Source of the DNA: a virus
Taxonomy: Duplodnaviria > Caudoviricetes
Length of the DNA: 64,000 nucleotides
Reading direction: 5' to 3' (one strand)
IMG/VR virus record: IMGVR_UViG_3300021399_000100
In this document: positions 9,485-19,881 of the stretch, in pieces
How positions within the stretch are numbered: the stretch's first letter is position 1
How the letters are laid out: each line of letters opens with the position of its first letter
Translations under genes and position numbers: made by a program
Notes under the pieces: model-generated
The model's input: only the letters and a program-made list of their open reading frames with translations
Told to the model about the DNA's origin: nothing
Databases searched by the model: none

Positions 9485-9832
9485 TTAATGGCAGAATAGC
9501 ATCGTTTTGACCAGCCTTTTTGCTGCTGCTTCATTATATGGAGTCTTGTACACCCTTACACCTCTGTCTCCCTCTCCAAGAATGAAGAATAATTTATGGA
9601 TTCGTTTAACGCACGTATTGATATGATTGACACTATATGCATATTCATCATAATAACGGCAGATTTCATACGTGTCGGCACTTCTGATAATTAACTTGCC
9701 AGGATCACCAGGACTTGTTACGGGGTTACCCACTAGCAAAGTCTTATTTGGTTGTACGTCAATTCTTAAATACTGGTCGCCTTCGCGTTCCATGCATTCC
9801 TCGCACAATGCTTTAATTTCTTCAGTTGTCAT
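9485..9832 (-). CDS. Hypothetical protein
   Basis: ORF behind the early promoter at 9869-9876. Confidence 0.65.
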   Translation of the reverse strand: MTTEEIKALCEECMEREGDQYLRIDVQPNKTLLVGNPVTSPGDPGKLIIRSADTYEICRYYDEYAYSVNHINTCVKRIHKLFFILGEGDRGVRVYKTPYNEAAAKRLVKTMLFCH

Positions 9833-9948
9833 ATAGATGCCCTCCTATGTTTATGTTCTTTTATGGCATAAAATTACAACATTTTTACATATACATCACA
9901 CATTTCGTGTAAAAAGTTACATGATATATGTTATATACCTATATTAAT

Positions 9949-10143
9949 CTACGCCATAACGTAATAGAATATTGAATCAACCATGCTTTTCTGCGCATCG
10001 CTTAATGCATCTAGACTACATTCTACAATGTCGATATCGATGCCTTCTATCATCTCTATCTGCATGCTCATTGATTCTGCAAAACAAGGATTGCTAAAAA
10101 TATATCGGTCTTTCCCTGTAACCTTTTCTCTGACTATATACAT
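9949..10143 (-). CDS. Small hypothetical protein
   Basis: Preceded by the RTGATTATAT motif at 10186-10195. Confidence 0.5.
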   Translation of the reverse strand: MYIVREKVTGKDRYIFSNPCFAESMSMQIEMIEGIDIDIVECSLDALSDAQKSMVDSIFYYVMA

Positions 10144-10344
10144 AATATATCGTTATATAAGTTTCGGGCAATATCTCCCTTGAATATATAATCATGCATA
10201 AATAGCATATAATCGTATAAAAATGAAGAGATACTGTTTTCTATGTCTCTCTAATTATATGCGTTTATATCGCATATAACATATAAAAACAAAAAGGAAA
10301 GGCATATAGCCCTTCCTTACATTAGATATACGCTGCGAATCTAT

Positions 10345-10578
10345 TTAGTATACGCTACATATTTTTGAAATCGACATGGAAGATATCTTCCAATCAGCCA
10401 TAGTACCGTCCATCATCTGCGATACTTTATTCTCTACATCTGTAGGATTGACTGCATCCACTAGATGAATTTCCTTCACTGTCTTCGTACCGCCCTTCTC
10501 ACTGTCTATTTCAATTTCAACAGTGACTTGATAAAACCTGTACTCGGGCTCTTTGATACTTAAATTGTCTGCTGCCAT
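10345..10578 (-). CDS. DUF4494-like protein
   Basis: K.VKE.HLVDA...TDVE pattern resembles Bacteroidetes DUF4494. Confidence 0.55.
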   Translation of the reverse strand: MAADNLSIKEPEYRFYQVTVEIEIDSEKGGTKTVKEIHLVDAVNPTDVENKVSQMMDGTMADWKISSMSISKICSVY

Positions 10579-10588
10579 AATCTTTATT

Positions 10589-11164
10589 TTATTTTGTTTG
10601 GTGTTGTGTTAACTTATCAGTGATATCGTGCATCACTTCGTCTATGCTGACGGGCGTGCAGTTATGAGAATCCATTCCGACATTGTACATGAATGGATTA
10701 TCCATGAAGAACTTTTCTTTGCTGTGAGTGTGACCATGAAGATTTATCACAGTCTTATAGATATCTGAACTGTCGAAATTTGCAGTGTACGTAGGATAAT
10801 GGCTTAAATAAAACTGCTGGACATATGGTTTCCGCTCGTGCGTGCATTTGAGCTTGATAAGTCGCGGACCTACACATGTTGTATGTGGGACACATCCATA
10901 CTCCATGATTTTCTTATCAGTATCATGGTTTCCTGGAATTATAACCTTAAGGCCGTTCAATGAATGCAACAAATTCAGGCCATTAACATGATCGCTGCCC
11001 ATCACGACATCACCCAAAATATAGACCGCGTCCTCTTCACTTACTGTCTTGTTCCATCTGTCTACAATAGCAGCTTCCATTTCCTGGAGGCTATTGAATC
11101 CTCTAGCCTTCCAAATGAATTCCTTATCGTGTCCGAAATGTAGGTCGCTTGTAAAAAATATCAT
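10589..11164 (-). CDS. Calcineurin-like metallophosphoesterase
   Basis: DLHFGH, LGD, GNHD, HYP and HGHTH motifs. Confidence 0.9.
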   Translation of the reverse strand: MIFFTSDLHFGHDKEFIWKARGFNSLQEMEAAIVDRWNKTVSEEDAVYILGDVVMGSDHVNGLNLLHSLNGLKVIIPGNHDTDKKIMEYGCVPHTTCVGPRLIKLKCTHERKPYVQQFYLSHYPTYTANFDSSDIYKTVINLHGHTHSKEKFFMDNPFMYNVGMDSHNCTPVSIDEVMHDITDKLTQHQTK

Positions 11165-11171
11165 ATTAAAA

Positions 11172-11669
11172 TTATTTTATGTTAGCATTTAATTCAAGGA
11201 TAGCAGATATGCTCAGTGCGTCTGGCTTATCCTCATAAAAATATCTATATTTGTTATAGGTAGATATAATCACCTCTTCCTTGATATAATCATCACCTTT
11301 TCTTATGGCATTACGCTTCAGGCAATCTTCCAGAGATAGCTTGAAATCTTTGAATTCTATTTTGTAATCTGTGCCATATACTAACCCATTCTTATTCAAG
11401 AACTTAACCAACTTGCGTATCCCTTTCTTGTCGAGGTTCATGCAATCTAGTACAACATCTCTATGATGCTTCAAGCATATCATAACGGCATTATTTCCCA
11501 GAGTTGATATCAGATGCTCCCGAGAATCTACCCAATATGGTCCAGCCATCTTGCGTATATCATCAAGTGACACTCGGCATCTTCTGTCGGGGTCCTCTCC
11601 AACCCAAGCCTTAGCCCAAGTAGATTTCCCCGAACCCTGTATACCTCTAGTTAATATCAGTGTATTCAT
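11172..11669 (-). CDS. Polynucleotide kinase-like P-loop kinase (PseT kinase domain / AAA_33)
   Basis: RGIQGSGKSTWA, DDIR and lid CLKRNAIR. Confidence 0.85.
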   Translation of the reverse strand: MNTLILTRGIQGSGKSTWAKAWVGEDPDRRCRVSLDDIRKMAGPYWVDSREHLISTLGNNAVMICLKHHRDVVLDCMNLDKKGIRKLVKFLNKNGLVYGTDYKIEFKDFKLSLEDCLKRNAIRKGDDYIKEEVIISTYNKYRYFYEDKPDALSISAILELNANIK

Positions 11670-11887
11670 AAACTTGTGTTTGCGTTTTCAATAAAAAGCA
11701 GTACAGCAGAACCTATTATCAGAAGTATCACATAAAATACTACATTTGTCCTACTGAATCGCATATAGCGATTGGCTTCTCGTGTATTATGATGTTCTCT
11801 ATGCTTATGGGATAGCACGAATGGTACTGCTATGAATAATATAGCGAACTCTATAGAAATTATTCCAAATATTATTGGGACATTCAT
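11666..11887 (-). CDS. Small membrane protein
   Basis: 2 TM segments; ATGA overlap. Confidence 0.6.
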   Translation of the reverse strand: MNVPIIFGIISIEFAILFIAVPFVLSHKHREHHNTREANRYMRFSRTNVVFYVILLIIGSAVLLFIENANTSL

Positions 11888-11917
11888 ATTTTTTCTTTAT
11901 TATAGGTATATATGTAC

Positions 11918-12361
11918 TTAACCTGCTTCGGCATACAGAACATATTTGTCCCAGTCCACGATTTTATGAATGTGTATAGCATTATAATACGCATCAATCC
12001 ATGTAATAGCATATCCAAACTGATATTTGTTCGTTGTTTTGCACATAGCGGTCTTCATGGCCTTCCAGTTCAGCTTATCCTTAAAGGCATATGCCTTATT
12101 ATAAATGACTTCGGTCAACTTCAAGAAAGCACATTCATCAAGAACCCCAACGTAAATGTCCTCTTCTTCTTCTAGCTTCTGCTCAGTCAGCCGATGCACG
12201 CCTTTTGCAAAGTACAAGTCCTTGAATGCATCTATGCACCAATCATATACGACATCTTCTACAATATGGACGTTTAAGTCCTCCAGACTGGTACACTTGC
12301 TCTGCTTACAACGTTCCCATTCTGAACGTTCAATCAGCTGTAAAGAAAGTCTCATTCCCAT
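11918..12361 (-). CDS. Hypothetical protein
   Basis: ORF behind the early promoter at 12389-12396. Confidence 0.65.
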   Translation of the reverse strand: MGMRLSLQLIERSEWERCKQSKCTSLEDLNVHIVEDVVYDWCIDAFKDLYFAKGVHRLTEQKLEEEEDIYVGVLDECAFLKLTEVIYNKAYAFKDKLNWKAMKTAMCKTTNKYQFGYAITWIDAYYNAIHIHKIVDWDKYVLYAEAG

Positions 12362-12655
12362 TTCGTAATAATTTTAAAATTTCTGCACTAAAAATACTAA
12401 CAATTTCTTATATTACCACGTATTATCTGTAAAAAATGAGTTATATCAATTTCATATCAGTGAAAACATCTAGCCACGTATCTGCTATTAATGACTCTCC
12501 TAAATATTTATATGTGCATCCATCTTTCGAATACAAATGTCCATAAGAGACGTACATCCCTTCAACGAACGGCGTTACGTTATTGTTGTTCATAGTACAT
12601 GATGATATATAATATATTTAATGCTGCTGGCTATACTCTTATGATCAGATTACTA

Positions 12656-14425
12656 TCAACCTCCATAAGAGAACTTTCCTGTATTAGGCGTAGTGAATCG
12701 TGGAGTTGCCCTATCAATATATGACATAAGGTCATAATTAAATGATGCTATATTATTATCGGCATTAGGATCTATCAGATCTTCAACGAAATTCTGGAAT
12801 TGCCTGTTATTGAAAGCAGCAGCAGCCGTCACACAGCTCATAGCCATATCGTCGTGGCCAGTAATTGCAGCATATGACGACGAGCCTTCTTTTCTACTGA
12901 AATTAGCAAACTCGCCTACAGTATCTACATCTTGTATAACGAACTGTTTCTTACATTCATATAGTTTGAAGTCTTGGCAGCAGCTGGCTTTAGAATCTTT
13001 AGAAAGAACGATTCCTTTAATTGCCCCGTTGAGGTTATAATTAATAATATTAGAGCTCTCCATCTGGTTCATATCACCATCAACCATAAACAGATAGGTG
13101 TATAAGAGCTCTCCGTATTTGTTCCATTCTATATTAATCATATGGTTATATGACAACATAGTATATGTAGACAGATAATACATGACCTCGGCCATCTGCT
13201 TGATAGTCGCCTCGTTAGACTTCCAGTATCCACATTGGACTAGCTTGATCTTATCCCTAATATCATTAGAATTGTTAGTGATAAGAGATATATCGAATAT
13301 CTGTATCACAGAAGAGTCCTTCCCCGAGCCTTCTGCTATATCTACAGATAGCAAGAAACGCTTGTCTGGCCTGTTCAGTTCTATAGGGTCAAATCCAGGG
13401 TCCCATCTGAAAAGATCCATGAATGGTACATCGAATCGACCCGAGAAGGCTTTAGGGATAAACTTATGGGTTGTCTTCATGAGCTCTATCACTCTAGGGC
13501 CTAGAAGAGTATATCCAGAATCCATGAATGAGTTTCCATACTGCCTCATGAATGATGCTTCTCCGCCCACATCTTTAAGAGTAGCTTTCATCCAGGCCTC
13601 ATCTCTACCCGGCCGCTCCCACCAGTCCACTCTGATAGGTACATATGAATTTTCACCTTTACATGCTTCATCATATATATGATAGAACCTATTCAGGCCG
13701 TTTGGCGTAGACGTTATGATGATCTTAGAGTCAGACATGGACGAAATAGTAGGCATTGCATTCTCATAGAAGTTATCTAGAAGGTTCTTCTGTACATGAG
13801 CAAACTCGTCACAATACAGCACATGCACAGTAAATCCGATGAATGAGTTCTTAGTGGTACCCTGACATACTATACGTGAGCCATTATCGAACTTAATGTT
13901 CTTGCTACTCATGTTCACTACACCTGGCTGCAAGAAATAAGGGATACGCTGCATGATTTCTCGTATCTTGTCTGCAATTTCTTCAGCAGACTGTGCTTTA
14001 TTTGAAAGAAGACCTACTGTCTTTTCTGCATGAAATGTAGAATACCACAGCAGAAATATAGAGGCAGTTACGGTCTTACCCATCTGTCGCGATGTCAACA
14101 CCACATTGAATCTATTCGTCATGTAGTTCCTTAGCATCTTCTTCTGGTAAGGGAACAGCTTTACTTTCTTGTAGCCTTGTGTACCCGTCATGATATAGCA
14201 GTATGTCTCTGCATAATATATAATGTCGTTCTTGCACTTGTATATTTCTGCTATTTCATTCTGAGTGTACATAAAAGGCATATTGGCCCTGCGGAAGTCA
14301 CTGCTCTTGAAAAACGGAGACTTTCCTTTGATGATACCGTTTTCTGCATTTTCCTTCCACTGCTCGACCTTCTCAGTAGACCAGGTCACTACTTTGACTA
14401 CTTCCTTCTTCTTTTTAGAGGCCAT
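12656..14425 (-). CDS. terL: Terminase large subunit (T4 gp17-like)
   Basis: LFPYQK, SRQMGKT Walker A, CDEFAHV Walker B, TSTPNG, nuclease VDIAEG and GHDD. Confidence 0.95.
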   Translation of the reverse strand: MASKKKKEVVKVVTWSTEKVEQWKENAENGIIKGKSPFFKSSDFRRANMPFMYTQNEIAEIYKCKNDIIYYAETYCYIMTGTQGYKKVKLFPYQKKMLRNYMTNRFNVVLTSRQMGKTVTASIFLLWYSTFHAEKTVGLLSNKAQSAEEIADKIREIMQRIPYFLQPGVVNMSSKNIKFDNGSRIVCQGTTKNSFIGFTVHVLYCDEFAHVQKNLLDNFYENAMPTISSMSDSKIIITSTPNGLNRFYHIYDEACKGENSYVPIRVDWWERPGRDEAWMKATLKDVGGEASFMRQYGNSFMDSGYTLLGPRVIELMKTTHKFIPKAFSGRFDVPFMDLFRWDPGFDPIELNRPDKRFLLSVDIAEGSGKDSSVIQIFDISLITNNSNDIRDKIKLVQCGYWKSNEATIKQMAEVMYYLSTYTMLSYNHMINIEWNKYGELLYTYLFMVDGDMNQMESSNIINYNLNGAIKGIVLSKDSKASCCQDFKLYECKKQFVIQDVDTVGEFANFSRKEGSSSYAAITGHDDMAMSCVTAAAAFNNRQFQNFVEDLIDPNADNNIASFNYDLMSYIDRATPRFTTPNTGKFSYGG

Positions 14426-14472
14426 AGCATATGATGAGATATATAATATAATTTACATCCCATCATATCATA

Positions 14473-15315
14473 TTACATGTGTTCATCAGGAATCAGTGCC
14501 ATCAGCTCTTTTGCACTAGCGAACACGACGCCTTCTAATTCATTAGAGGTCTTTTCAATAGCTTGTGTGTCTAATTTAGTATTGTAGTCTGTATCGTCTA
14601 CTTTGTAATCTTCTGGGATTGAGAGTGTAGATGCGGGTGGGTTGACGGTGTTGTCCTCTTTTTCTTCTGTTGTATCAGATTCATTTTCAACAACTTCTGT
14701 TGGCACATCGTCTTTATGCTCATGCTCTGAAGGACTTGTTGTGTTCTCTTGCGAAGTTATGATAGCATTAGGAGATTTCTTTTTAGCCATACCCGAGCGG
14801 GCCACCACATCACTCATAATGTTCTCATATTCATCTTTCAGGTCGCATATCAACTGCGCTCTATACTTCAGTAGATCAATAAGGGACTTATTAAGATTAG
14901 ACAGCATGCCATATAGCTTAGGGTCTACTTCTACGCACTTGATGCTGTCTACTAGTGAATCACTTGCCGCAACAGTATTTTCAATTTGTGTACATAATAG
15001 AGTAAGCGCGTCTGAGTCTAATTCGCTACGGGAACGGATATAGTCTATCTCTGGAATGTTCTCAATCTCTTCAGCACTTGTGCATGTAAATACTTTTTTA
15101 ATGGCATTCACAAGCTTCTTGCACATAAAATTCGCATCAGAAATCTCCTCCTTGACTTTCTTAGCATCAGGAGTCTTTCCGTTCTTGATATCTTTATTAG
15201 CACTTCGTACAGTACCTAGCGTGCAATTATCTCTATCTATTGCATCAGGGAAATTGCCTTCCCCTAACATATCCATCATTCTATCAATAGTATGATTAGC
15301 TTGTTTGCTGTTCAT
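14473..15315 (-). CDS. Hypothetical protein (positional candidate for small terminase)
   Basis: Helical, directly upstream of terL; no diagnostic motif. Confidence 0.55.
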   Translation of the reverse strand: MNSKQANHTIDRMMDMLGEGNFPDAIDRDNCTLGTVRSANKDIKNGKTPDAKKVKEEISDANFMCKKLVNAIKKVFTCTSAEEIENIPEIDYIRSRSELDSDALTLLCTQIENTVAASDSLVDSIKCVEVDPKLYGMLSNLNKSLIDLLKYRAQLICDLKDEYENIMSDVVARSGMAKKKSPNAIITSQENTTSPSEHEHKDDVPTEVVENESDTTEEKEDNTVNPPASTLSIPEDYKVDDTDYNTKLDTQAIEKTSNELEGVVFASAKELMALIPDEHM

Positions 15316-15326
15316 GGCTGTTATAT

Positions 15327-16364
15327 TTAATACATGGAAGTGAAACTGTCCATAGTAGTATGGGTTCTTCCATGTCTTATATTATTTAGGGTGTTTGCAA
15401 GATCTTCAACAGATTCTGATGTCGTTGAAAGATTATCATCCTTACTCAATATAGATGATTCTTCAGCAGGCTGCATATCACCAGGCACAGAACCTTCAGT
15501 TTCTGCAGGGGTCTTGCTCTTCTTAGTCTTATTATTTCTAGATGTCTTCTTGGCCTTCTTAGCATTCTTGGATCCTGATGCTTTCTTAGCTTTCTTAGTC
15601 CATGATGTCTTCTTAGCCTTCTTAGTCACTGATGACTTCTTATCATCACCTTCAGATTCGTCTGTTGATACACTTACGGGATCCTCATGTGTATTATCGT
15701 CTGAATTAGTTTCTGGGATTGAACTTTCGTGAGAGTCTTCTGGGATGTCTGGGATGCTTGAAGATTCTTCTGATGTATCTGGTTGATTTTCAACAGGTTC
15801 TGATATTGAACTTTCTTGTGGTTGTTCGTTTGATTCGTCAGCGTCATCAGGAGAAGATTGTGCATCTTCTCTATTAGTATCAATACAATCTTTATTTTCT
15901 GATATATTTTCTGACTCATTATTAGACATTGTAATTGTATTATTTTCAATACTATTCCGTACTTCGTTCTGGATATATATCAATGATAGACAAATTGCAG
16001 GCAATACTCCTCCAGTTGCAAATGCAAGTATCCGTTTCTGATCAATAGCTTCCCAATCATCTAATGCAAACAACTCTGCGAAAGGTGATATATCTTCTAT
16101 ATGTATGTACGCAGAATATGTATTCGCACATATCTGGAATAAAGTTATGAAACCCAAGACATATATCACAGATTTCATACCAGGGGTAGATCTATTGATC
16201 ATCAGCAGTGCTGCAATACTTATCTCTATAGCGATGGACATAACCCATCCGAAACACAGATCAGGATGTGATAACTTGAATAAATCGACTGCACTTACTA
16301 GAGATACTATCATCATTAGTGCATATGCAATTAGTATCAAATTACTTAGGTTCTTCTGTTTCAT
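15327..16364 (-). CDS. Membrane protein with acidic linker and KKAKK repeats
   Basis: 4 N-terminal hydrophobic segments; low-complexity C-terminus. Confidence 0.75.
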   Translation of the reverse strand: MKQKNLSNLILIAYALMMIVSLVSAVDLFKLSHPDLCFGWVMSIAIEISIAALLMINRSTPGMKSVIYVLGFITLFQICANTYSAYIHIEDISPFAELFALDDWEAIDQKRILAFATGGVLPAICLSLIYIQNEVRNSIENNTITMSNNESENISENKDCIDTNREDAQSSPDDADESNEQPQESSISEPVENQPDTSEESSSIPDIPEDSHESSIPETNSDDNTHEDPVSVSTDESEGDDKKSSVTKKAKKTSWTKKAKKASGSKNAKKAKKTSRNNKTKKSKTPAETEGSVPGDMQPAEESSILSKDDNLSTTSESVEDLANTLNNIRHGRTHTTMDSFTSMY

Positions 16365-16562
16365 GTCTATTTTTTTTATATTTAATTTATGACATTTGTT
16401 TTATTTACACTGTATAAAATTTTCAGCATACCATTTTGCAAAATTACAGAGACCGTATTGTAGACTAGTACGTGGTGTGAAACCAGTACAGTCTCTCCAT
16501 TAAGAGATATATTTTTTGGTATCATATATTTACAACTTAGTCGATACATTACATTATTAATC

Positions 16563-16580
16563 ATATAATCACCGTAAATA
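16563..16580. promoter_or_regulatory. Back-to-back promoters: GTGATTATAT (-) and GTAAATA (+)
   Basis: Both motifs recur upstream of genes throughout the window. Confidence 0.6.
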
Positions 16581-16600
16581 ACATATAGTTACAGATTAAT

Positions 16601-17194
16601 ATGGCTAATACGGGAATAAATATGCTTATAGAGAATAGCCTTACTAATGGAGACACTGTATCTCTTTCTCCGCTTGGAGGCTATTACGCTTTCCGACTCA
16701 TGAATGTCGTCGGTGACGATGTCAGGAGTATAGACCTGACAGATAAGCCTGGAGTACAGCTGTTGTCTGATGATGCTGCTGTAGTTATTGATGAAACTCC
16801 ACATGCAGACATAAACAAGAGGGACGGCCAGTGCATGTTTGCTATAACTCCCCAAGAAGCAGCCGACCTGCTAGAAATACAGAATTTCTCTATAGTGTAT
16901 AACGTCGCAGGTATTTATGTAACTTTATTTAGGGGTGTGTTTGTAGATATCAATAAAAAGGACGATGAAGACTCCTCTTCGCTTGAAGATGCACTGCAGA
17001 GAGCAGCCAGTGCAGAATCCCTTGCAGCAGATTACCTGTCCAAGCTAAATGCATTGCAGGCGGATTATGATTCCCTATCGTCTTCGTCAGGGAGCACGAT
17101 ATCTGAACTACAGGCAAGAGTAGCAGAGCTTGAAGGTGAATTGGCAACATTACGAAACTCAATGATATCAGCGAACATTATAGACGAGTTGTAA
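16601..17194 (+). CDS. Hypothetical protein with C-terminal coiled coil (likely late/virion)
   Basis: 197-aa ORF; GTAAATA upstream. Confidence 0.7.
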   Translation: MANTGINMLIENSLTNGDTVSLSPLGGYYAFRLMNVVGDDVRSIDLTDKPGVQLLSDDAAVVIDETPHADINKRDGQCMFAITPQEAADLLEIQNFSIVYNVAGIYVTLFRGVFVDINKKDDEDSSSLEDALQRAASAESLAADYLSKLNALQADYDSLSSSSGSTISELQARVAELEGELATLRNSMISANIIDEL

Positions 17195-17231
17195 TATTAT
17201 AATTATAATTATTAATTAACTAATTAATCAT

Positions 17232-18356
17232 ATGAAAGATGTATTAACTTATACAGAAATAATGGCCAGCAGAAATGCTGCGTCCATTAACGAAGGGCTG
17301 TTGAGCAATATCAAGAACCTCTTCACGTCAGACTATACTATCAAGAACCCTATCCTTAAAGAGCTCTTGCGTGAAGTAGATTGTCCTATCTCATGGAAAG
17401 AGACTAAATTGCGTAACTCTATCCTCAAGTTGGTTGACGAGTTCGTGGCTACACAGGCCAAGACATATACAGAAGAGCTCATCGCTGCTAAAGATAAAGA
17501 TGACAAAGAAGGAGCGGGTGAAATTACTTTCGATAGCGAATCACACTTCGGTACCCTGAAGAGCAAGCGCCTGGTAGAAAAGGCATCGGCTACTCTTTCC
17601 GCACTGAAAGATCTTGCGTCGTCGTCAAAGACGGGAGGGGATGCCGTGACTAAATGGGTACAGATTGTGTATGATGAAGCTGTTATAGCAACTATACAGA
17701 CTGCTCTCAACAATACTGAGATAGACAGTACTCTCAAAGAAAAAGAGATGACTTCTCTTGAAAAGGCTCATGAACAGCTCCAGGAAGAAGTAAAAAAGAG
17801 CCATAAAGAGAATGCTGATGCATTCAAAGAAGCTGTCCAGAAGTACGCAAAGGATCAAACAATAGCTGATTACACTCCATTTATAGACAAGGGTGAGAGC
17901 ACTTTCAAGGTGTTCACAGAAATTGTCACCACAGGCAAAATAGCAGAGAAGCTCGGTAAGGGCGATAAGGCTCTGGGAATAGATAATGGAGATAATGCTA
18001 GCTTGAAGGCTGTCGTCGGCCTCGGCCTTTCTGCTGGTGCTGGCGAGCAGACTACTGCAGAGCTCATCAAGAATATTAAAAAAGAAGAGCAGGGCCGAGA
18101 CAAGGTCAACGTAGCCTTTACAGTAGCTGATAATGTCATCACGGAGCTGGCCCTAGCAGATAAATGCAATTGGGACAAGGTAAAGCAGCTCAAGCAGTTT
18201 ACAGGTCCGAAAGCATTTGGCCAGGTATCAAACCTTATAGACCGGCTCATAGCTGCAGGGTGCGATGTGCTCAGCGGCCAGCCTGACAAGGTGACTAATA
18301 ATATTGCTGAACTAGAAAAGTTCAAGCAGAATTATGAAAAATATCAGAAGATCTGA
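17232..18356 (+). CDS. Hypothetical protein (possible internal virion protein)
   Basis: 374-aa charged helical ORF followed by a terminator. Confidence 0.75.
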   Translation: MKDVLTYTEIMASRNAASINEGLLSNIKNLFTSDYTIKNPILKELLREVDCPISWKETKLRNSILKLVDEFVATQAKTYTEELIAAKDKDDKEGAGEITFDSESHFGTLKSKRLVEKASATLSALKDLASSSKTGGDAVTKWVQIVYDEAVIATIQTALNNTEIDSTLKEKEMTSLEKAHEQLQEEVKKSHKENADAFKEAVQKYAKDQTIADYTPFIDKGESTFKVFTEIVTTGKIAEKLGKGDKALGIDNGDNASLKAVVGLGLSAGAGEQTTAELIKNIKKEEQGRDKVNVAFTVADNVITELALADKCNWDKVKQLKQFTGPKAFGQVSNLIDRLIAAGCDVLSGQPDKVTNNIAELEKFKQNYEKYQKI

Positions 18357-18391
18357 TATAGCAACGTGGCATACATATAATCAATTCATAG

Positions 18392-18423
18392 AGCACTGTG
18401 CGGGAAACTGCGCAGTGCTTTTT
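18392..18423 (+). terminator. Rho-independent terminator
   Basis: AGCACTGTGCG-GGAAAC-TGCGCAGTGCT followed by a T tract. Confidence 0.8.
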
Positions 18424-18437
18424 GTATCTAAAATTCC

Positions 18438-18616
18438 TCCCCATATCCTTAATATTATATGAGGGGAATATATAATATAATGAAATAATTAGGGAAATTT
18501 CGGATTATTCTGGTTATTAGAAGCTATACAGAAGCTATATCCCCATATCCTTAAAGATATATGAGGGGAATATATAATATAGTGGAATAATTAGGGAAGT
18601 TTCGGATTATTCTGGT
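18438..18616. repeat. Two ~77-bp direct repeats (period 102 bp) in a long non-coding region; candidate origin
   Basis: TCCCCATATCCTTAA...GAGGGGAATATATAATAT...TTCGGATTATTCTGGT at 18438-18514 and 18540-18616. Confidence 0.85.
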
Positions 18617-19146
18617 ATATCTATGAGCTATTCATATAAAGATTCTGTTCCATTCTATATAGAGTCAAAAAATAAAACAAAAAATAAAACAGATATAATG
18701 GAACAGAGTTCCGTGAGGTGCGTCACCTTTAGGTGCGCACTTCACATTACTATATAGATTCTATAGATTCTATTTGGCTTATTGCATATCATTCATCTAG
18801 TATGCACTATAGATACAGAATAGAAATAATGGGGATCAATCCGTTTCAGCAGGGTTTCTAAATAAGTTCGAATAGCTATGCTATATAACTATGCATAACA
18901 TGCGATATTTGCTATGTTACTTCGCGTATAACGAAAGATCTTTCTAAAGTAATATAAGATATCAGAACAGAAAAAATATCGCGTTAAATCGCATTTATGA
19001 CAGTCTGATTAAAAATTTACTCTAATTATGAAAATAATCTGTAAAAATGTTTGGAGACAATTCAAAATAATCCTTATCTTTACAGCATAAAACATAAATT
19101 AATAAAAACAATTCAGCCCTACAGCATCACGGTTAAGCTGCTAAAC

Positions 19147-19881
19147 ATGGAGAAAGTTAAGCCTGAGGAAATTTTAAAGGTCATATCGGATTTCACATTT
19201 CCTATCTGTAAAGAAGATTACGATAGGGAGAGTGCGCCTTGGTTATTTGAAGACGAAGATGATGACGACTATGATGACGACGATGACGATGATGACGACT
19301 TCGGAGATGATGACGACTTCGGAGATGATGACGACGATGACGACGACGACTTCGGAGATGAGTACGATGAAGACGATGATGACGACGATGACGATGTTGT
19401 ATCGCCCTTCGTAATGGTTCCAAAAGACGAAGAAGCTGATGAGAAATACAAGTCAGCAGATAGCATCCGCATTCGCAGCCATATCGAAAAGATAAGAAAG
19501 TTCATGGAAGATACTGTTATCTCACATGAAGTAGAGATTTCTCTACAAGAATACATCAAAGACCTTCAAAAACAAGCAGATAACTACGAATGCGCTCTGC
19601 AGTATAAAGATCTGGAAGGTAAATACGCCAAGTATACAGATAACAGCCATATATACGAAGTCTGCCTGATGAAAATAAAAAAGATAGAAGGAGAAGACAT
19701 CTTTATGGATATCCTGGTAAGTAAAAGCAACTGGTGCAATTCCGACGAATTGCATATCTATCGTGACGCTCAGAGAAATTTGCACGCATATGACAATAGA
19801 AGCTGTTTTACTATTCTGACTAAAGAAGAGTTCGAGAAGGAATATAATAACATTGTAAAGATGGAAAATATTTCCAAGTAG
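19147..19881 (+). CDS. Protein with ~50-residue poly-Asp tract
   Basis: Start revised to MEKVK behind the early promoter at 19075-19082. Confidence 0.75.
   Translation: MEKVKPEEILKVISDFTFPICKEDYDRESAPWLFEDEDDDDYDDDDDDDDDFGDDDDFGDDDDDDDDDFGDEYDEDDDDDDDDVVSPFVMVPKDEEADEKYKSADSIRIRSHIEKIRKFMEDTVISHEVEISLQEYIKDLQKQADNYECALQYKDLEGKYAKYTDNSHIYEVCLMKIKKIEGEDIFMDILVSKSNWCNSDELHIYRDAQRNLHAYDNRSCFTILTKEEFEKEYNNIVKMENISK

Noticed and set aside
18438-18616. CRISPR array
   Set aside because: Only two long imperfect repeats, no spacer series and no cas genes.
19202-19559. His/Arg-, Met/Thr- and Ser-rich ORFs
   Set aside because: Alternative-frame readings of the GAY repeat in the poly-Asp gene.
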